This document shows positions 38,092-47,699 of a DNA stretch of 64,000 nt, one piece after another (position 1 is the first letter of the stretch; every line of letters begins with the position of its first letter). A model generated the notes under the pieces. It saw nothing but the letters and a program-made list of their open reading frames with translations, was not told the DNA's origin and did not search any database. The position numbers and the translations under genes are program-made. The stretch is from Candidatus Thorarchaeota archaeon (GTDB lineage Archaea; Asgardarchaeota; Thorarchaeia; Thorarchaeales; Thorarchaeaceae): positions 64,001 through 128,000 of the forward strand of contig JAGSHN010000005.1 in assembly GCA_029855935.1 (NCBI GenBank). Direction: 5' to 3'.

Positions 38092-39780
38092 CTATGGCGG
38101 ATTCATCCGCGTGATGACGAGCGGCACCTTCTGGAGTTCCATCTCTCCATCCTCACCCTTCCGGATGACAATGTTGTAGTTGCCGTCGTCGTTCGGGTCA
38201 GCATCAGTGCGATAGTGCGCACCACGGCTGCCCTTTCTCATCAGTGCTGCCTCGGTTACCATCCGGGCAGTGATCACCATATGGCCAAACTCAATTGCTT
38301 GATGCCATCCAGGGTTAAAGCGCCTGATTGGCACATCCACCTTGATCTTGGGAACAACCTCTCTCTCAATGCGGCGGAGCTCTCTGACGGCGTACTGAAG
38401 GTCTTCCTCATTGCGGAAGATCTGCACCTTCTCCCACATCAGCGTTGTCAGTTCCTCGCGAGCATCGGCAGGAGAGATTCCCTCTTTGCGCTCGAGCATA
38501 GCCTGAAGCCGCTCGAACTCGCTCTGAACCTCAGACCTATCAAAGCCGGGCAGGTCGTGCTCCAGAGCGAAGAGCGCTGCATTCTTTCCGGCGAGAGCAC
38601 CGAACACTTGCGTGTCAGCCAGTGCATTTCCTCCGAGGCGGTTTCCGCCGTGGACACCACCAGTACACTCGCCAGCAGCAAACAGACCGGGGATGGTCGA
38701 TTGGGCATTCGTGTCAATCCTGATTCCGCCCATAAAGTGATGAGCTGTCGGGGAAACCTGCATTGGCTCCTCACGGATGTCCACACCCGCATCCTCAAAC
38801 TGCTCAATCATGCTCTCTAGACGAAACTCAATCACAGAACGAGGTAGGTGAGCAATACTCAGATACACACCGCCATCTGGTGTGCCTCGGCCCTCTAGGA
38901 CCTCTGTCATTATTGAACGTGCGACTTGGTCCCGGCCCGCAAGCTCCATCACCTGTGGGTAGTAGCGGCTCATAAACCGCTCACCGCGATTGTTCAGCAG
39001 AATACCACCCTCACCACGGACAGCCTCTGTGACAAGACGGCCCTTGGCCGACTCGGGTTTGACCATGCCGGTGGGGTGGAACTGAACCATCTCCATGTCT
39101 ATCAGCTCGCAGCCCGCCTCATAGGCCATGGCGTAGCCGTCTCCGACATCGAGCTGGGCGTTGCTCGTGACCTTGAAGATTCGTCCTGCGCCGCCAGTCG
39201 CCATCACGACAGACTTTGCTCTGAAGACAAGGTAGTCACCGTGCCTCATGTCAATGGCAGTCACACCAGCAATACGTCCGTCGTGAACCAGAAGCTTGGT
39301 CGCAAAGACCTCATCAAACACACGTACAGAGGTCCTACGAATTGCCTCCACAAGCGTGACCATAATCTCAGAGCCTGTACGGTCGGACGCATACGCAGTT
39401 CGACGGTAGCTCTGTTTTCCAAAGGGGCGCTGCGCAATCTTGCCCTCAGGTGTTCGGTCGAAGACTGCGCCCATCTCCTCAAGGTCGTATATTCGCTCAG
39501 GTGCATCGTGAACCAGAATCTCGACAAGCTCTTGGTTGTTGAGGTAGTTTCCGCCAACTACTGTGTCACGAAAATGAACGTCAGGGTTGTCGTCGGGGTC
39601 GACATTTCCGATTGCAACGTTGTATCCGCCCTCGGCCATGGAGGTGTGCGCCTTGCCGACAAGCTCCTTGCTAATCATGACAACATCCACGTTATGCTTT
39701 GCTGCCTCAATTGCCGCGCGGCAGCCAGCACCACCAGCACCGACAACGAGGACATCACAGACGATGGTCTTGTACTCCAA
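38092..39780 (-). CDS. tfrA: Thiol:fumarate reductase flavoprotein subunit A
   Basis: GAGGAG, AHTSMAEGG, QFHPT, TEAVRGEGG, HHFMGG, HGGNRLGGN, SRGAHYR. Confidence 0.92.
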   Translation of the reverse strand: MEYKTIVCDVLVVGAGGAGCRAAIEAAKHNVDVVMISKELVGKAHTSMAEGGYNVAIGNVDPDDNPDVHFRDTVVGGNYLNNQELVEILVHDAPERIYDLEEMGAVFDRTPEGKIAQRPFGKQSYRRTAYASDRTGSEIMVTLVEAIRRTSVRVFDEVFATKLLVHDGRIAGVTAIDMRHGDYLVFRAKSVVMATGGAGRIFKVTSNAQLDVGDGYAMAYEAGCELIDMEMVQFHPTGMVKPESAKGRLVTEAVRGEGGILLNNRGERFMSRYYPQVMELAGRDQVARSIMTEVLEGRGTPDGGVYLSIAHLPRSVIEFRLESMIEQFEDAGVDIREEPMQVSPTAHHFMGGIRIDTNAQSTIPGLFAAGECTGGVHGGNRLGGNALADTQVFGALAGKNAALFALEHDLPGFDRSEVQSEFERLQAMLERKEGISPADAREELTTLMWEKVQIFRNEEDLQYAVRELRRIEREVVPKIKVDVPIRRFNPGWHQAIEFGHMVITARMVTEAALMRKGSRGAHYRTDADPNDDGNYNIVIRKGEDGEMELQKVPLVITRMNPP

Positions 39781-39965
39781 CTGCAGGCCTCCGATTGATG
39801 GCTCAATCGTCTGCCCCGCATCGCATTCGGTTTAAAGTTGTTACTGTTTGCGGCCAGAAACGACAGGGCCTCTCGTGAGTGCTACCTCTAGGCCTAGTTA
39901 TGGACATCCGAGCTATGTCTATATTCATCTTGATCAGATGTATCATAGTGTCAGGGGGTCAGTGG

Positions 39966-40067
39966 ATGAAAGCAGGGGACATTCTGCTGGGGATAGCCCT
40001 GTTCGTAGTGATACTGGTGATCCTATACGGCATATCAATACAGGTACTTAGCGCCCTTGGGCGATAG
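39966..40067 (+). CDS. Small single-pass membrane protein (33 aa), putative
   Basis: MKAGDILLGIALFVVILVILYGISIQVLSALGR with a G-rich RBS-like sequence upstream. Confidence 0.45.
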   Translation: MKAGDILLGIALFVVILVILYGISIQVLSALGR

Positions 40068-40168
40068 ATGACTGAGTTCAGCCTCAAGAGAAGTGGGCAG
40101 CAATGTTCGTCTGGCGGAAATAGGGGCGGCAGAGAGCCTGTCGCCCACTTACCCCAGTCTGACTGCTT

Positions 40169-40777
40169 TCACTCGGAGATGCCAATCTTGGCATAGACCT
40201 CTGAGCGTACAGACGCCACCTTCCTGTCCATCTCATCGTGGAGGCTGTTGCCGTGGGAGTCCATGGTGACCAGAAGTGGACCGAAGTTCTCTGCAGTGAT
40301 CACCCACAGAGCCTCAGGCATTCCCAAGTCCCGCCATTCATAGGCACGTACCTCCTTCAGCCCTCTTGCAGCGAGAGCCCCACAGCCTCCAGTGAAGCTG
40401 CAGTACACGGCACCAACCTCCTTCAGTGCCTCGAGTGTCTTGGGGCCCATTCCACCCTTCCCGATTATGATTCGGGGCTTGTACTTGCGGAGGAACTCCG
40501 CCTCGAACAGCTCCATCCTGATGCTCGTTGTGGGACCAGCTGATACAATCTGCCACTTCCCGTCTATCTGTCTGGCCACAGGCCCGACATGATACACGAC
40601 GCTGCCCTCGAACTCGACAGGGGGTTTCTCGCCCTTCTCGTATAGTTCGAGCGCCCTCTGGTGCGCCTCATCTCTTGCAGTATAGACATGCTCACCGGAC
40701 ACGTAGACGATATCGCCCACTCTTAGTCTTCGAGCCTCCTCTTCCGAGATTGGAGTTGTCAGATGATACTCAGCCAT
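40169..40777 (-). CDS. Class I fumarate hydratase beta subunit
   Basis: LRVGD, TARDEAH, AGPTTSIRM, IGKGGM, LGMPEA; start MAEYHL at 40777. Confidence 0.93.
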   Translation of the reverse strand: MAEYHLTTPISEEEARRLRVGDIVYVSGEHVYTARDEAHQRALELYEKGEKPPVEFEGSVVYHVGPVARQIDGKWQIVSAGPTTSIRMELFEAEFLRKYKPRIIIGKGGMGPKTLEALKEVGAVYCSFTGGCGALAARGLKEVRAYEWRDLGMPEALWVITAENFGPLLVTMDSHGNSLHDEMDRKVASVRSEVYAKIGISE

Positions 40778-40778
40778 T

Positions 40779-41666
40779 CTACCTTCCCTCCAGCGGATGA
40801 GTGACGTACTGTACCTCCAAGTCCTTCGTGATTGTGGCCGTGCTGCGACGAGCGGCCCAGCACTGAACAGCAACGCCGACAGGTAGACTTGCAGGGTGAC
40901 GCATTGCATAGTCCACCTTCACACCCAGCACGGTGGTATCGCCCCCAAGACCCATTGGGCCAATGCCTGTAGCATTTAGTGCCTCATATAGTTCCTCCTC
41001 AATCTTTGCAATCTCCGGGTCGGGATGCCGATCATTCAGCGGACGCAAAAGCTGTTGCTTAGCAATCTTCATCGCAATGTCGGATCCTCCACCAATTCCG
41101 ACACCGATGATGTTTGGTGCACATGCCTTCCCCATATAGCTCATTGCATTGTCAACGACCAGTTTCTTGACGCCCTTAAGGCCGACCCCGGGCTTGAGCA
41201 TTCCTAAGATAGACACATTCTCGCTGCCGCCCCCCTTGGGAAATGCAGTTATCTCCAGCGAGTCACCGGGGACGAGCTCCCAGTTGATCCACGGAATCTT
41301 CTCGCCCGTGTTGTTCCCTGAGTTGCCACCTACAATCGGGTTGACGGCATTCGGACGCAGAGGGACCTTCTCGGTGGCCGTGATGGTTGCCTTGGTCAGC
41401 GCGTCGCGTATCGCTCCGAGATGGGGAAACTCGTATCCGGCCTTGACGTAGAAGATTATTATCCCAGTGTCCTGGCACATAGGAATGCCGCCCTTTGCTA
41501 GCTCGATGTTCTTCAGGATCGCCTCAAACTGTGTCTTGGCAGTCGGGTTGGTTTCTCGCGCATAGGCAGAACGCAGTGCCTCCTCAACATCGGCAGGAAG
41601 GACTGTCGCTGCCATCTGCAGCAGACGAACGGTCGTATCGTGAATGACTTGAGCAGGATCTTTCAT
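40779..41666 (-). CDS. Class I fumarate hydratase alpha subunit
   Basis: PMCQDTG, KGGGSEN, ACAP, GIGPMGLGG, HPASLPV, QCWAAR. Confidence 0.93.
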   Translation of the reverse strand: MKDPAQVIHDTTVRLLQMAATVLPADVEEALRSAYARETNPTAKTQFEAILKNIELAKGGIPMCQDTGIIIFYVKAGYEFPHLGAIRDALTKATITATEKVPLRPNAVNPIVGGNSGNNTGEKIPWINWELVPGDSLEITAFPKGGGSENVSILGMLKPGVGLKGVKKLVVDNAMSYMGKACAPNIIGVGIGGGSDIAMKIAKQQLLRPLNDRHPDPEIAKIEEELYEALNATGIGPMGLGGDTTVLGVKVDYAMRHPASLPVGVAVQCWAARRSTATITKDLEVQYVTHPLEGR

Positions 41667-41836
41667 CCTAGTTCAGCCTCCTGGCTGTGTACGGATGTCG
41701 GGGAACTAGCCCCCGGCTGTGTGCGTTGACCATATATGCCCCTAATCTGTCTTGCTGTCTGGAGACCTGCTCCCGTTGGTCACGGCTGCACGGCGGCCAC
41801 AGCAAGAGCAGGTAGACACAGATTGTGTGATGGACA

Positions 41837-42316
41837 TTGCTCCAAGCGTTGGTACTCTTTGCATGCAGCGTGGTTGTGCTCGCAGTGGCCAGTGTCACGG
41901 ACCTTAGAGATAGAACTGTACCAAACTGGCTGTCAGCCACTGCAATGACAGCAGGAGCGAGTCTCTCAATTCTCACTGGTGACCTCTTTCTGAGGCTTCC
42001 GGTCTACATATCAACCATCTTGTTCGTACTGCTCATCGCGTACGTCCTGTTCCGAATCGGCGCCCTAGGCGGGGGGGATGCCAAGATCCTACTTGCTGTT
42101 GCCATTATCAGCCCCGGCACGGTGTTCGTCGAAGTCGATTCCGCATTGGCCCTCCTAGAGGGAGTGGTCCCCTTCGGTCTGATGCTAGTGTTGACTCTTG
42201 GTATGGGTCACATCTATCACCGAATGAGCAACTCAAGCCAGCAGACGCCGCTTGTACCATTAATGCTCTTGTCTTATCTTATGGTACAGCTCTTCCCCAT
42301 AGTGCTTTGGCTCTGA
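41837..42316 (+). CDS. Prepilin peptidase-like protein (A24 family)
   Basis: TDLRDRTVPN and GGGDAK catalytic Asp motifs; multiple TM helices. Confidence 0.85.
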   Translation: MLQALVLFACSVVVLAVASVTDLRDRTVPNWLSATAMTAGASLSILTGDLFLRLPVYISTILFVLLIAYVLFRIGALGGGDAKILLAVAIISPGTVFVEVDSALALLEGVVPFGLMLVLTLGMGHIYHRMSNSSQQTPLVPLMLLSYLMVQLFPIVLWL

Positions 42317-42345
42317 CTGCGTGACATAGATGCCAGATAGCAGTG

Positions 42346-43065
42346 TCACGTGAGGGGATCGCCGATATGTATCCCATCACCCTCAATTGTCAACTCGTGC
42401 CACCTCAGGGAGTGGGACGTGTGACGCATCTTCCAGACGACTATGCTTCTCCGGAGAGATAGATTGGTCATATCAAGGTGGAGTATCACTAGACCCTGTG
42501 CGACATGATGCCCGGCCGTGGGCTGGGAGAGCACGCCGTTCGGTGGTGTGTCGGATATCAATAGTGATGTCAGACCGAGTTCGTTGAGGAGCGCACTTAT
42601 TCTCAGGACCTCGCCCCTCACTACCGAGGGGGTCGTCGAGGGGAGGTTCAGTGCAGAGAAACTATCGATTGTCAGACGTTTTGCACCAGATTCATTGACG
42701 ACAGTATAGATCTCCTCCGCGAGCGTTGCTAGGTCGAATCCACGACGCAATGCGTGTTTTTCGGATGTGGGGAGACCAGCCCGATTTGACGCGGCATCGA
42801 TTATGACAAACTTCCCGTCGGCCTCAAGTCTTGACAGGTCCCATCCGAAGGTGGTTGCTGTCCGTCTCACCTCCTGAGGCCTAGACTCAAGAGTGACAAG
42901 GACCCCGGGCTCATCGTATAGGTCTGCCCCTTTGTACAGATACTGCAGTCCAAAGATCGACTTTCCCGAGCCTGTTGGTCCCACGACCATTGTGGAGACG
43001 CCCCTGGGAAGGCCCCCGTCAACAAGGGCATCGAAACCCGGGATTCCCGTCTTTGCACGGGTCAT
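42346..43065 (-). CDS. KaiC/RAD55-family single-domain ATPase
   Basis: TGIPGFD, GPTGSGKS, IDS, KMR. Confidence 0.88.
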   Translation of the reverse strand: MTRAKTGIPGFDALVDGGLPRGVSTMVVGPTGSGKSIFGLQYLYKGADLYDEPGVLVTLESRPQEVRRTATTFGWDLSRLEADGKFVIIDAASNRAGLPTSEKHALRRGFDLATLAEEIYTVVNESGAKRLTIDSFSALNLPSTTPSVVRGEVLRISALLNELGLTSLLISDTPPNGVLSQPTAGHHVAQGLVILHLDMTNLSLRRSIVVWKMRHTSHSLRWHELTIEGDGIHIGDPLT

Positions 43066-43550
43066 TGCCTGTCACTTCCACTGGGTGGCGGTCCAGCAAT
43101 CTCCCAACCCTTCACTATCGAGCTGAGCGGGGTCAATGAAACCTCGACTATGTCAGGGCGCTTCCTCAGAGACTCCACAGTCTTCTCGACCCCAGCCTCG
43201 TCAGGTGCCACAATGAGTGCATAGAGTGTCATAGGCTCACTGCTCACGCCAATCCACTGAAATGCATCCTCCGTCGATAGTTCCTCCGCAAGCGTCTGAG
43301 TCCTATTGCTGCTGATTGATGGGAGGATGTGGCCGCCAACCTTGATCCTGACGAGCCCGGCTGCGTTCAGTCCGAGCGCCCGCGGATTGAGTAGCGCGGA
43401 GAATCGTGAAACTATCCCGGACTTGAGAAGGCGCCGCGTTCTGAAGTGAACTGTTGTGTCGGGCTGGTTGAGCTCTCGTGCAATCTGTGTGAATGGGAGG
43501 CGTGCATCTCGCTGTAGGATGCGGATAATCTTCCAGTCTAGGTCATCCAC
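43062..43550 (-). CDS. Lrp/AsnC family transcriptional regulator
   Basis: DDLDWKIIRILQRDARLPFTQIAREL HTH; GTG start 43550; 4-nt overlap with the KaiC-like gene. Confidence 0.88.
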   Translation of the reverse strand: MDDLDWKIIRILQRDARLPFTQIARELNQPDTTVHFRTRRLLKSGIVSRFSALLNPRALGLNAAGLVRIKVGGHILPSISSNRTQTLAEELSTEDAFQWIGVSSEPMTLYALIVAPDEAGVEKTVESLRKRPDIVEVSLTPLSSIVKGWEIAGPPPSGSDRQ

Positions 43551-43651
43551 GGTGGGCCACCCGGGATAGTCTATCAAGGGTAGGCCATGTTGCCCCATTG
43601 ACCTATTAAGACTTGCGTGGTTCGCAAAACGTCGCGTGATGATTGAGAGAT

Positions 43652-44029
43652 TCACAACATGTGGGAGATGATTACCACAAGAAGTCGCTCATACACACGT
43701 GCGGGGGCGACAAAGACGTAGATGAGTGTCCAGAGCAAGATCCATAATAGAAGGTACGACGCTAGGGAGTCTGTCACCAGTTTCTGGCGGCCACCAATCT
43801 CTGACGGGTCTATGTCCATCACGTAGACAATCACGAAGAGTGAGAGTGTATACACAAGGAATCCAAACAGAACACCTCGCACACCAGCGAAGGCTACTCC
43901 ATTGAGCCCGCAGACAATTGCGCTGATTGTCGCAAAGAGCATCTTGACGTAGAACGACTGATCCTTGGGGCGATCATCCCACCGTCGAAACATCATCTTG
44001 AAAGCGGTGCTGAGTCCCATCTTGGCCAC
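43652..44029 (-). CDS. EMC6/Rab5ip-like three-TM membrane protein
   Basis: YVKMLFATISAIVCGL...GVLFGFLVY and SYLLLWILLWTLIY follow the EMC6 pattern. Confidence 0.7.
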   Translation of the reverse strand: MAKMGLSTAFKMMFRRWDDRPKDQSFYVKMLFATISAIVCGLNGVAFAGVRGVLFGFLVYTLSLFVIVYVMDIDPSEIGGRQKLVTDSLASYLLLWILLWTLIYVFVAPARVYERLLVVIISHML

Positions 44030-44092
44030 CAGTCAGAGGCATCGTCAAGCAGTGCACGTTATAAAAGACTCGGTCAGTCTGACCAAGCGTGG

Positions 44093-46120
44093 ATGTTGAT
44101 GAAGGATACTATGAGTAATGTGGACATACGGCTGATTCTGCCCGAACTCAAGTCCGCCATAGAGGGCGGGTTTGTGAAGAACATCTACCAGTACGGAGAT
44201 GTCTTTGTTTTGAAGGTCTACCAGCCTGGTGGCGGGACCGCCAATCTGCTCGTAGAGCCTGGTCGACGTGTTCATCTTACTCAGTTCAGGAGAGCAGCTC
44301 CGCGCAACCCTCCCAAGTTTGCAACAGTCCTGCGGAAATATGTGCGTGACCGACGCATACTGCGACTGTATCAGCACGATCTCGATCGAATCATAGTGAT
44401 TGAGATTGAGGGGGAAGAGTCGAAGTACAAGATTGTGGCCGAGTTGTTTGGCACGGGTAATCTGCTATTGCTTGACGGAGAAGATCACATCTTTGTCGCA
44501 CTGCGGTACAAGAGGATGAGAGATAGGGATATTGTCCCCAGGGCCAACTATAGGTTTCCTCCGCCAAGAGGAAGGGACATCTTTGAAGCAGACTTGGACC
44601 ACCTCGGGGAGATACTGAACGACTCAAAGTCGAGCGTCGTCAGAACATTGGCAAGTAGACTGAATCTGGACGCACTGAGCTGCGAGGAGATATGTACACT
44701 AGGAGGGGTCGACCCCTCAGCCAACATCGCCGATCTCGATTCCACATCGGTCGAGCGTCTCATGGAGGGCATGAGGGAGTTCAGAGAACGCCTGAGTCAG
44801 GGGGTGCGAGAGCCGAGGATAGTGTTCGAGCCCGGCGAGGAGGGGCCGCGGAACGTTGCATTCACACCATTCCCATTCGAGACGTTTCGAAACCACCCTT
44901 ATCGCACATTCGACACCTTCAGCCAAGCTATCGACGAGTACTTCGGTGTGACGGAGTCCGAACTCGGAGAAGAGGAGGAGGAGGATGCCCTACTGAGAGA
45001 GAAGAAACGCTTGATGATAATCATCGAGAGACAACAGGAGGGTATAGAGTCCCTCCGACAGAGAGCCGAGGCAGCACGTAGGGCGGGAGAGATAATCTAT
45101 GCCAACTTCCAACTCGTGGATGATGTGCTCGAGTCGGTAAGGAAGGCACGTGACAGCGGTCTGGACTGGCCAGATATCATAGAACGGGTGGAGAGAGGAA
45201 AGAGAGAGGGCAATCCTGCGGCGGCAGCAATCGAGAAGATACTGCCCTCCCAAGCACGAATAACACTGAATCTTGAAGGGACTGAGATTGATCTCGACGT
45301 GAGGCTGAACGTACAGGACAATGCTGCAAGATATTATGAGATTGCAAAGAAAACAGAGAGGAAGATCAAGGGGGCGCTAGAACAGATCGAGAAGACAAAG
45401 GCGAAACTTGCAGCACTCGCCATGAGAGAGGCCCCTGTAGAAACGATACCCAAACGGCGCCCCGTGAGAATAAGAAGAAAGAGATGGTACGAGAAATTCA
45501 GGTGGTTCATCTCAAGCGAGGGCTTCCTTGTAATAGGTGGACGTGATGCCAAGACAAACGAGATTATTGCAAAGAGGTACCTTGAACCGAACGATCTGTT
45601 TCTCCATGCTGCCCTTCACGGGGCACCCTACACAGTGATTAAGGTACCCAGCGAAAAACCAGGCGAAACTACTATCAGAGAGGCGGCACAGTTCGCAGTG
45701 TCATATTCAAGAGCTTGGCAGGACTGTTTTTCCAGCGGCGATGCATACTGGGTCACCCCCGAACAGGTGAGCTTTTCTGCTCCCTCCGGGGAATATCTCC
45801 CAGCGGGCAGTGTGATGATATACGGTTCAAAGAACTACATCAGGGGAGTGCCTGTAGAGCTGGCAGTGGGCGTTCTATTAGAGGAGGAATGGGCAGTGCC
45901 TATGGGTGGACCGCCCACCGCTGTGGCTGCGCACACGCCGTATCACGTCGTAGTACAGCCCGGAGATACAAAGAAGGGGCAGCTGGTGCGAGAGATAGTG
46001 GCAGTTCTTCGTTCCATAGTTCCAGCCGAACAAGCCACTCTCATCGTGGAGATTCCAGAGGAGGACATCATGCGGGTCCTCCCCACTGGCAGTGGGCGTA
46101 TCGTACGAGAGCACGGATAG
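44093..46120 (+). CDS. rqcH: Ribosome quality control factor RqcH/NEMF
   Basis: NFACT-N (LDRII, ELFGTGN), coiled coil, WYEKFRWFISS, GGRDAKTNE. Confidence 0.95.
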   Translation: MLMKDTMSNVDIRLILPELKSAIEGGFVKNIYQYGDVFVLKVYQPGGGTANLLVEPGRRVHLTQFRRAAPRNPPKFATVLRKYVRDRRILRLYQHDLDRIIVIEIEGEESKYKIVAELFGTGNLLLLDGEDHIFVALRYKRMRDRDIVPRANYRFPPPRGRDIFEADLDHLGEILNDSKSSVVRTLASRLNLDALSCEEICTLGGVDPSANIADLDSTSVERLMEGMREFRERLSQGVREPRIVFEPGEEGPRNVAFTPFPFETFRNHPYRTFDTFSQAIDEYFGVTESELGEEEEEDALLREKKRLMIIIERQQEGIESLRQRAEAARRAGEIIYANFQLVDDVLESVRKARDSGLDWPDIIERVERGKREGNPAAAAIEKILPSQARITLNLEGTEIDLDVRLNVQDNAARYYEIAKKTERKIKGALEQIEKTKAKLAALAMREAPVETIPKRRPVRIRRKRWYEKFRWFISSEGFLVIGGRDAKTNEIIAKRYLEPNDLFLHAALHGAPYTVIKVPSEKPGETTIREAAQFAVSYSRAWQDCFSSGDAYWVTPEQVSFSAPSGEYLPAGSVMIYGSKNYIRGVPVELAVGVLLEEEWAVPMGGPPTAVAAHTPYHVVVQPGDTKKGQLVREIVAVLRSIVPAEQATLIVEIPEEDIMRVLPTGSGRIVREHG

Positions 46121-46228
46121 ACGAGAAGTCAGTCGAGTCGATAACATTTTTAATCGTGCGCATAGTGACACGCCTCGGGGACATTCTATAGGTTGGAACA
46201 ATAGTCCCTGTTGAGAGAGGTCATTTCT

Positions 46229-46801
46229 ATGTCGGAACCCTCGCACACGATGTCCGTGAGGGACATTATGGCAGTGAACGTCGTGACCATTCAACCCGAT
46301 GCCCTGATACTGGAAGTCGCCAGACTGATGGCCAAGATGGACATCGGCTCAGTCGTTGTCGTTGATGGTCACAAGCCAGTGGGAATAATCACGGAATCGG
46401 ATATAGTCCGGAGAGTCATAGCTGCAGAGAGGGATCCGACGGCCTGTATCGCCAAAGAGGTCATGTCGTCGCCCATTATTCATGTCACGTCGGACACTCC
46501 TCTGACGGAGGCAATGCGCGTGATGGCGAGAAGCGGTATCAGACGTCTGATTGTCTTGAAGAATGACTCGCTGGCAGGCATTATCACATCCAGGGACATC
46601 CTGAGATGGTCTCCCGAACTGATCGACGTGCTTGTAGAGTCGCTGCGCCTGAGAGAGGGGCCGACCGAGGGCGGGGCTGAAACAGAGGCCGAGGAGGACG
46701 AGCTGGTGGCCTACGGGGGCATCTGTGACGTATGCGGGGAGTACTCCACCGACCTCGTCTTCGAGGACGGAAAGTATCTCTGCGAGTCTTGCCGGCGATG
46801 A
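46229..46801 (+). CDS. CBS-pair protein with C-terminal Zn ribbon
   Basis: Two CBS motifs (GIITESDI, GIITSRDI) plus CDVC and CESC. Confidence 0.9.
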   Translation: MSEPSHTMSVRDIMAVNVVTIQPDALILEVARLMAKMDIGSVVVVDGHKPVGIITESDIVRRVIAAERDPTACIAKEVMSSPIIHVTSDTPLTEAMRVMARSGIRRLIVLKNDSLAGIITSRDILRWSPELIDVLVESLRLREGPTEGGAETEAEEDELVAYGGICDVCGEYSTDLVFEDGKYLCESCRR

Positions 46802-46855
46802 GATAGAGGGCACAGAGAATCGAGTGAGAGTAAAACCAAGAGGAGGAAACTGCCT

Positions 46856-47671
46856 ATGAAAGTGAGTCAAATAATGGTGGAGCCCGTCACAATTGACAAG
46901 GATCAGCGTCTGTCACACGCGCTTGATCTTCTTGAGAAGAAGCGAGTTGATAGACTGATAGTGACCGAGGACAACAATGTTGTTGGCATACTCACCTATG
47001 CTGACATTGCTGACAGATTGGGTGTCAGCAAGGTAGTCGCCGTGTCAATTGGTAGACTGCACGTTTCATCAGCGATGTCTGACACAGTCATCTCAGTCAG
47101 TCCCGATGATGACATCACTGATGTCGCTCGTCTAATGGTTGAGCGCGGGATGAGTGGATGCCCCGTCATTGATGAGGAGAAGGGACTTGTGGGTGTTGTC
47201 ACAAAGCGGGAGCTGTTGCCGCTTGTGATGAAATTTGACAAGGTCAAAGTGAGGGATCTTATGACCTCAGGCGAGATCCTTCAGGCCAACCCGGTTGAAC
47301 GCCTGATCAAGGCCAGAATGGACCTCCTCACTGCAGGATACTCGGGCATGCCTGTGACCGACGGCTCCCGCGTGATAGGGTTGCTCACCGAACGTCTTGT
47401 TGCAAAGGCAATGGCAAAGTTCAGTACGGAGGTTCCCGACAAACACAGAGCCAATCAGATACGTCTCTTGCGTGTTGCTGATGCAATGCTCAGTCAGCCT
47501 CCAGTCATCAAGGAGGACGCATCAATTGCCGAGGCCGCGCAGTTGATGATTGATACCAATCTCAATACTCTGCCTGTAGTGGACAAGGACGAACGACTCG
47601 TTGGGATAATCAGCACAACAGACATTGCAAGGTTCGTTGCCAATAAATTCCGAGTTCCGAAGACAGACTAG
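46856..47671 (+). CDS. Four-CBS-domain protein
   Basis: GILT, GVVT, GLLT and GIIS repeats. Confidence 0.9.
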   Translation: MKVSQIMVEPVTIDKDQRLSHALDLLEKKRVDRLIVTEDNNVVGILTYADIADRLGVSKVVAVSIGRLHVSSAMSDTVISVSPDDDITDVARLMVERGMSGCPVIDEEKGLVGVVTKRELLPLVMKFDKVKVRDLMTSGEILQANPVERLIKARMDLLTAGYSGMPVTDGSRVIGLLTERLVAKAMAKFSTEVPDKHRANQIRLLRVADAMLSQPPVIKEDASIAEAAQLMIDTNLNTLPVVDKDERLVGIISTTDIARFVANKFRVPKTD

Positions 47672-47699
47672 TTCGCCTCTCTGAGCGTCAGCAGGTCCT

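Noticed and set aside
37825-39798. 331-aa and 290-aa plus-strand ORFs
   Set aside because: Antisense shadows of tfrA and tfrB
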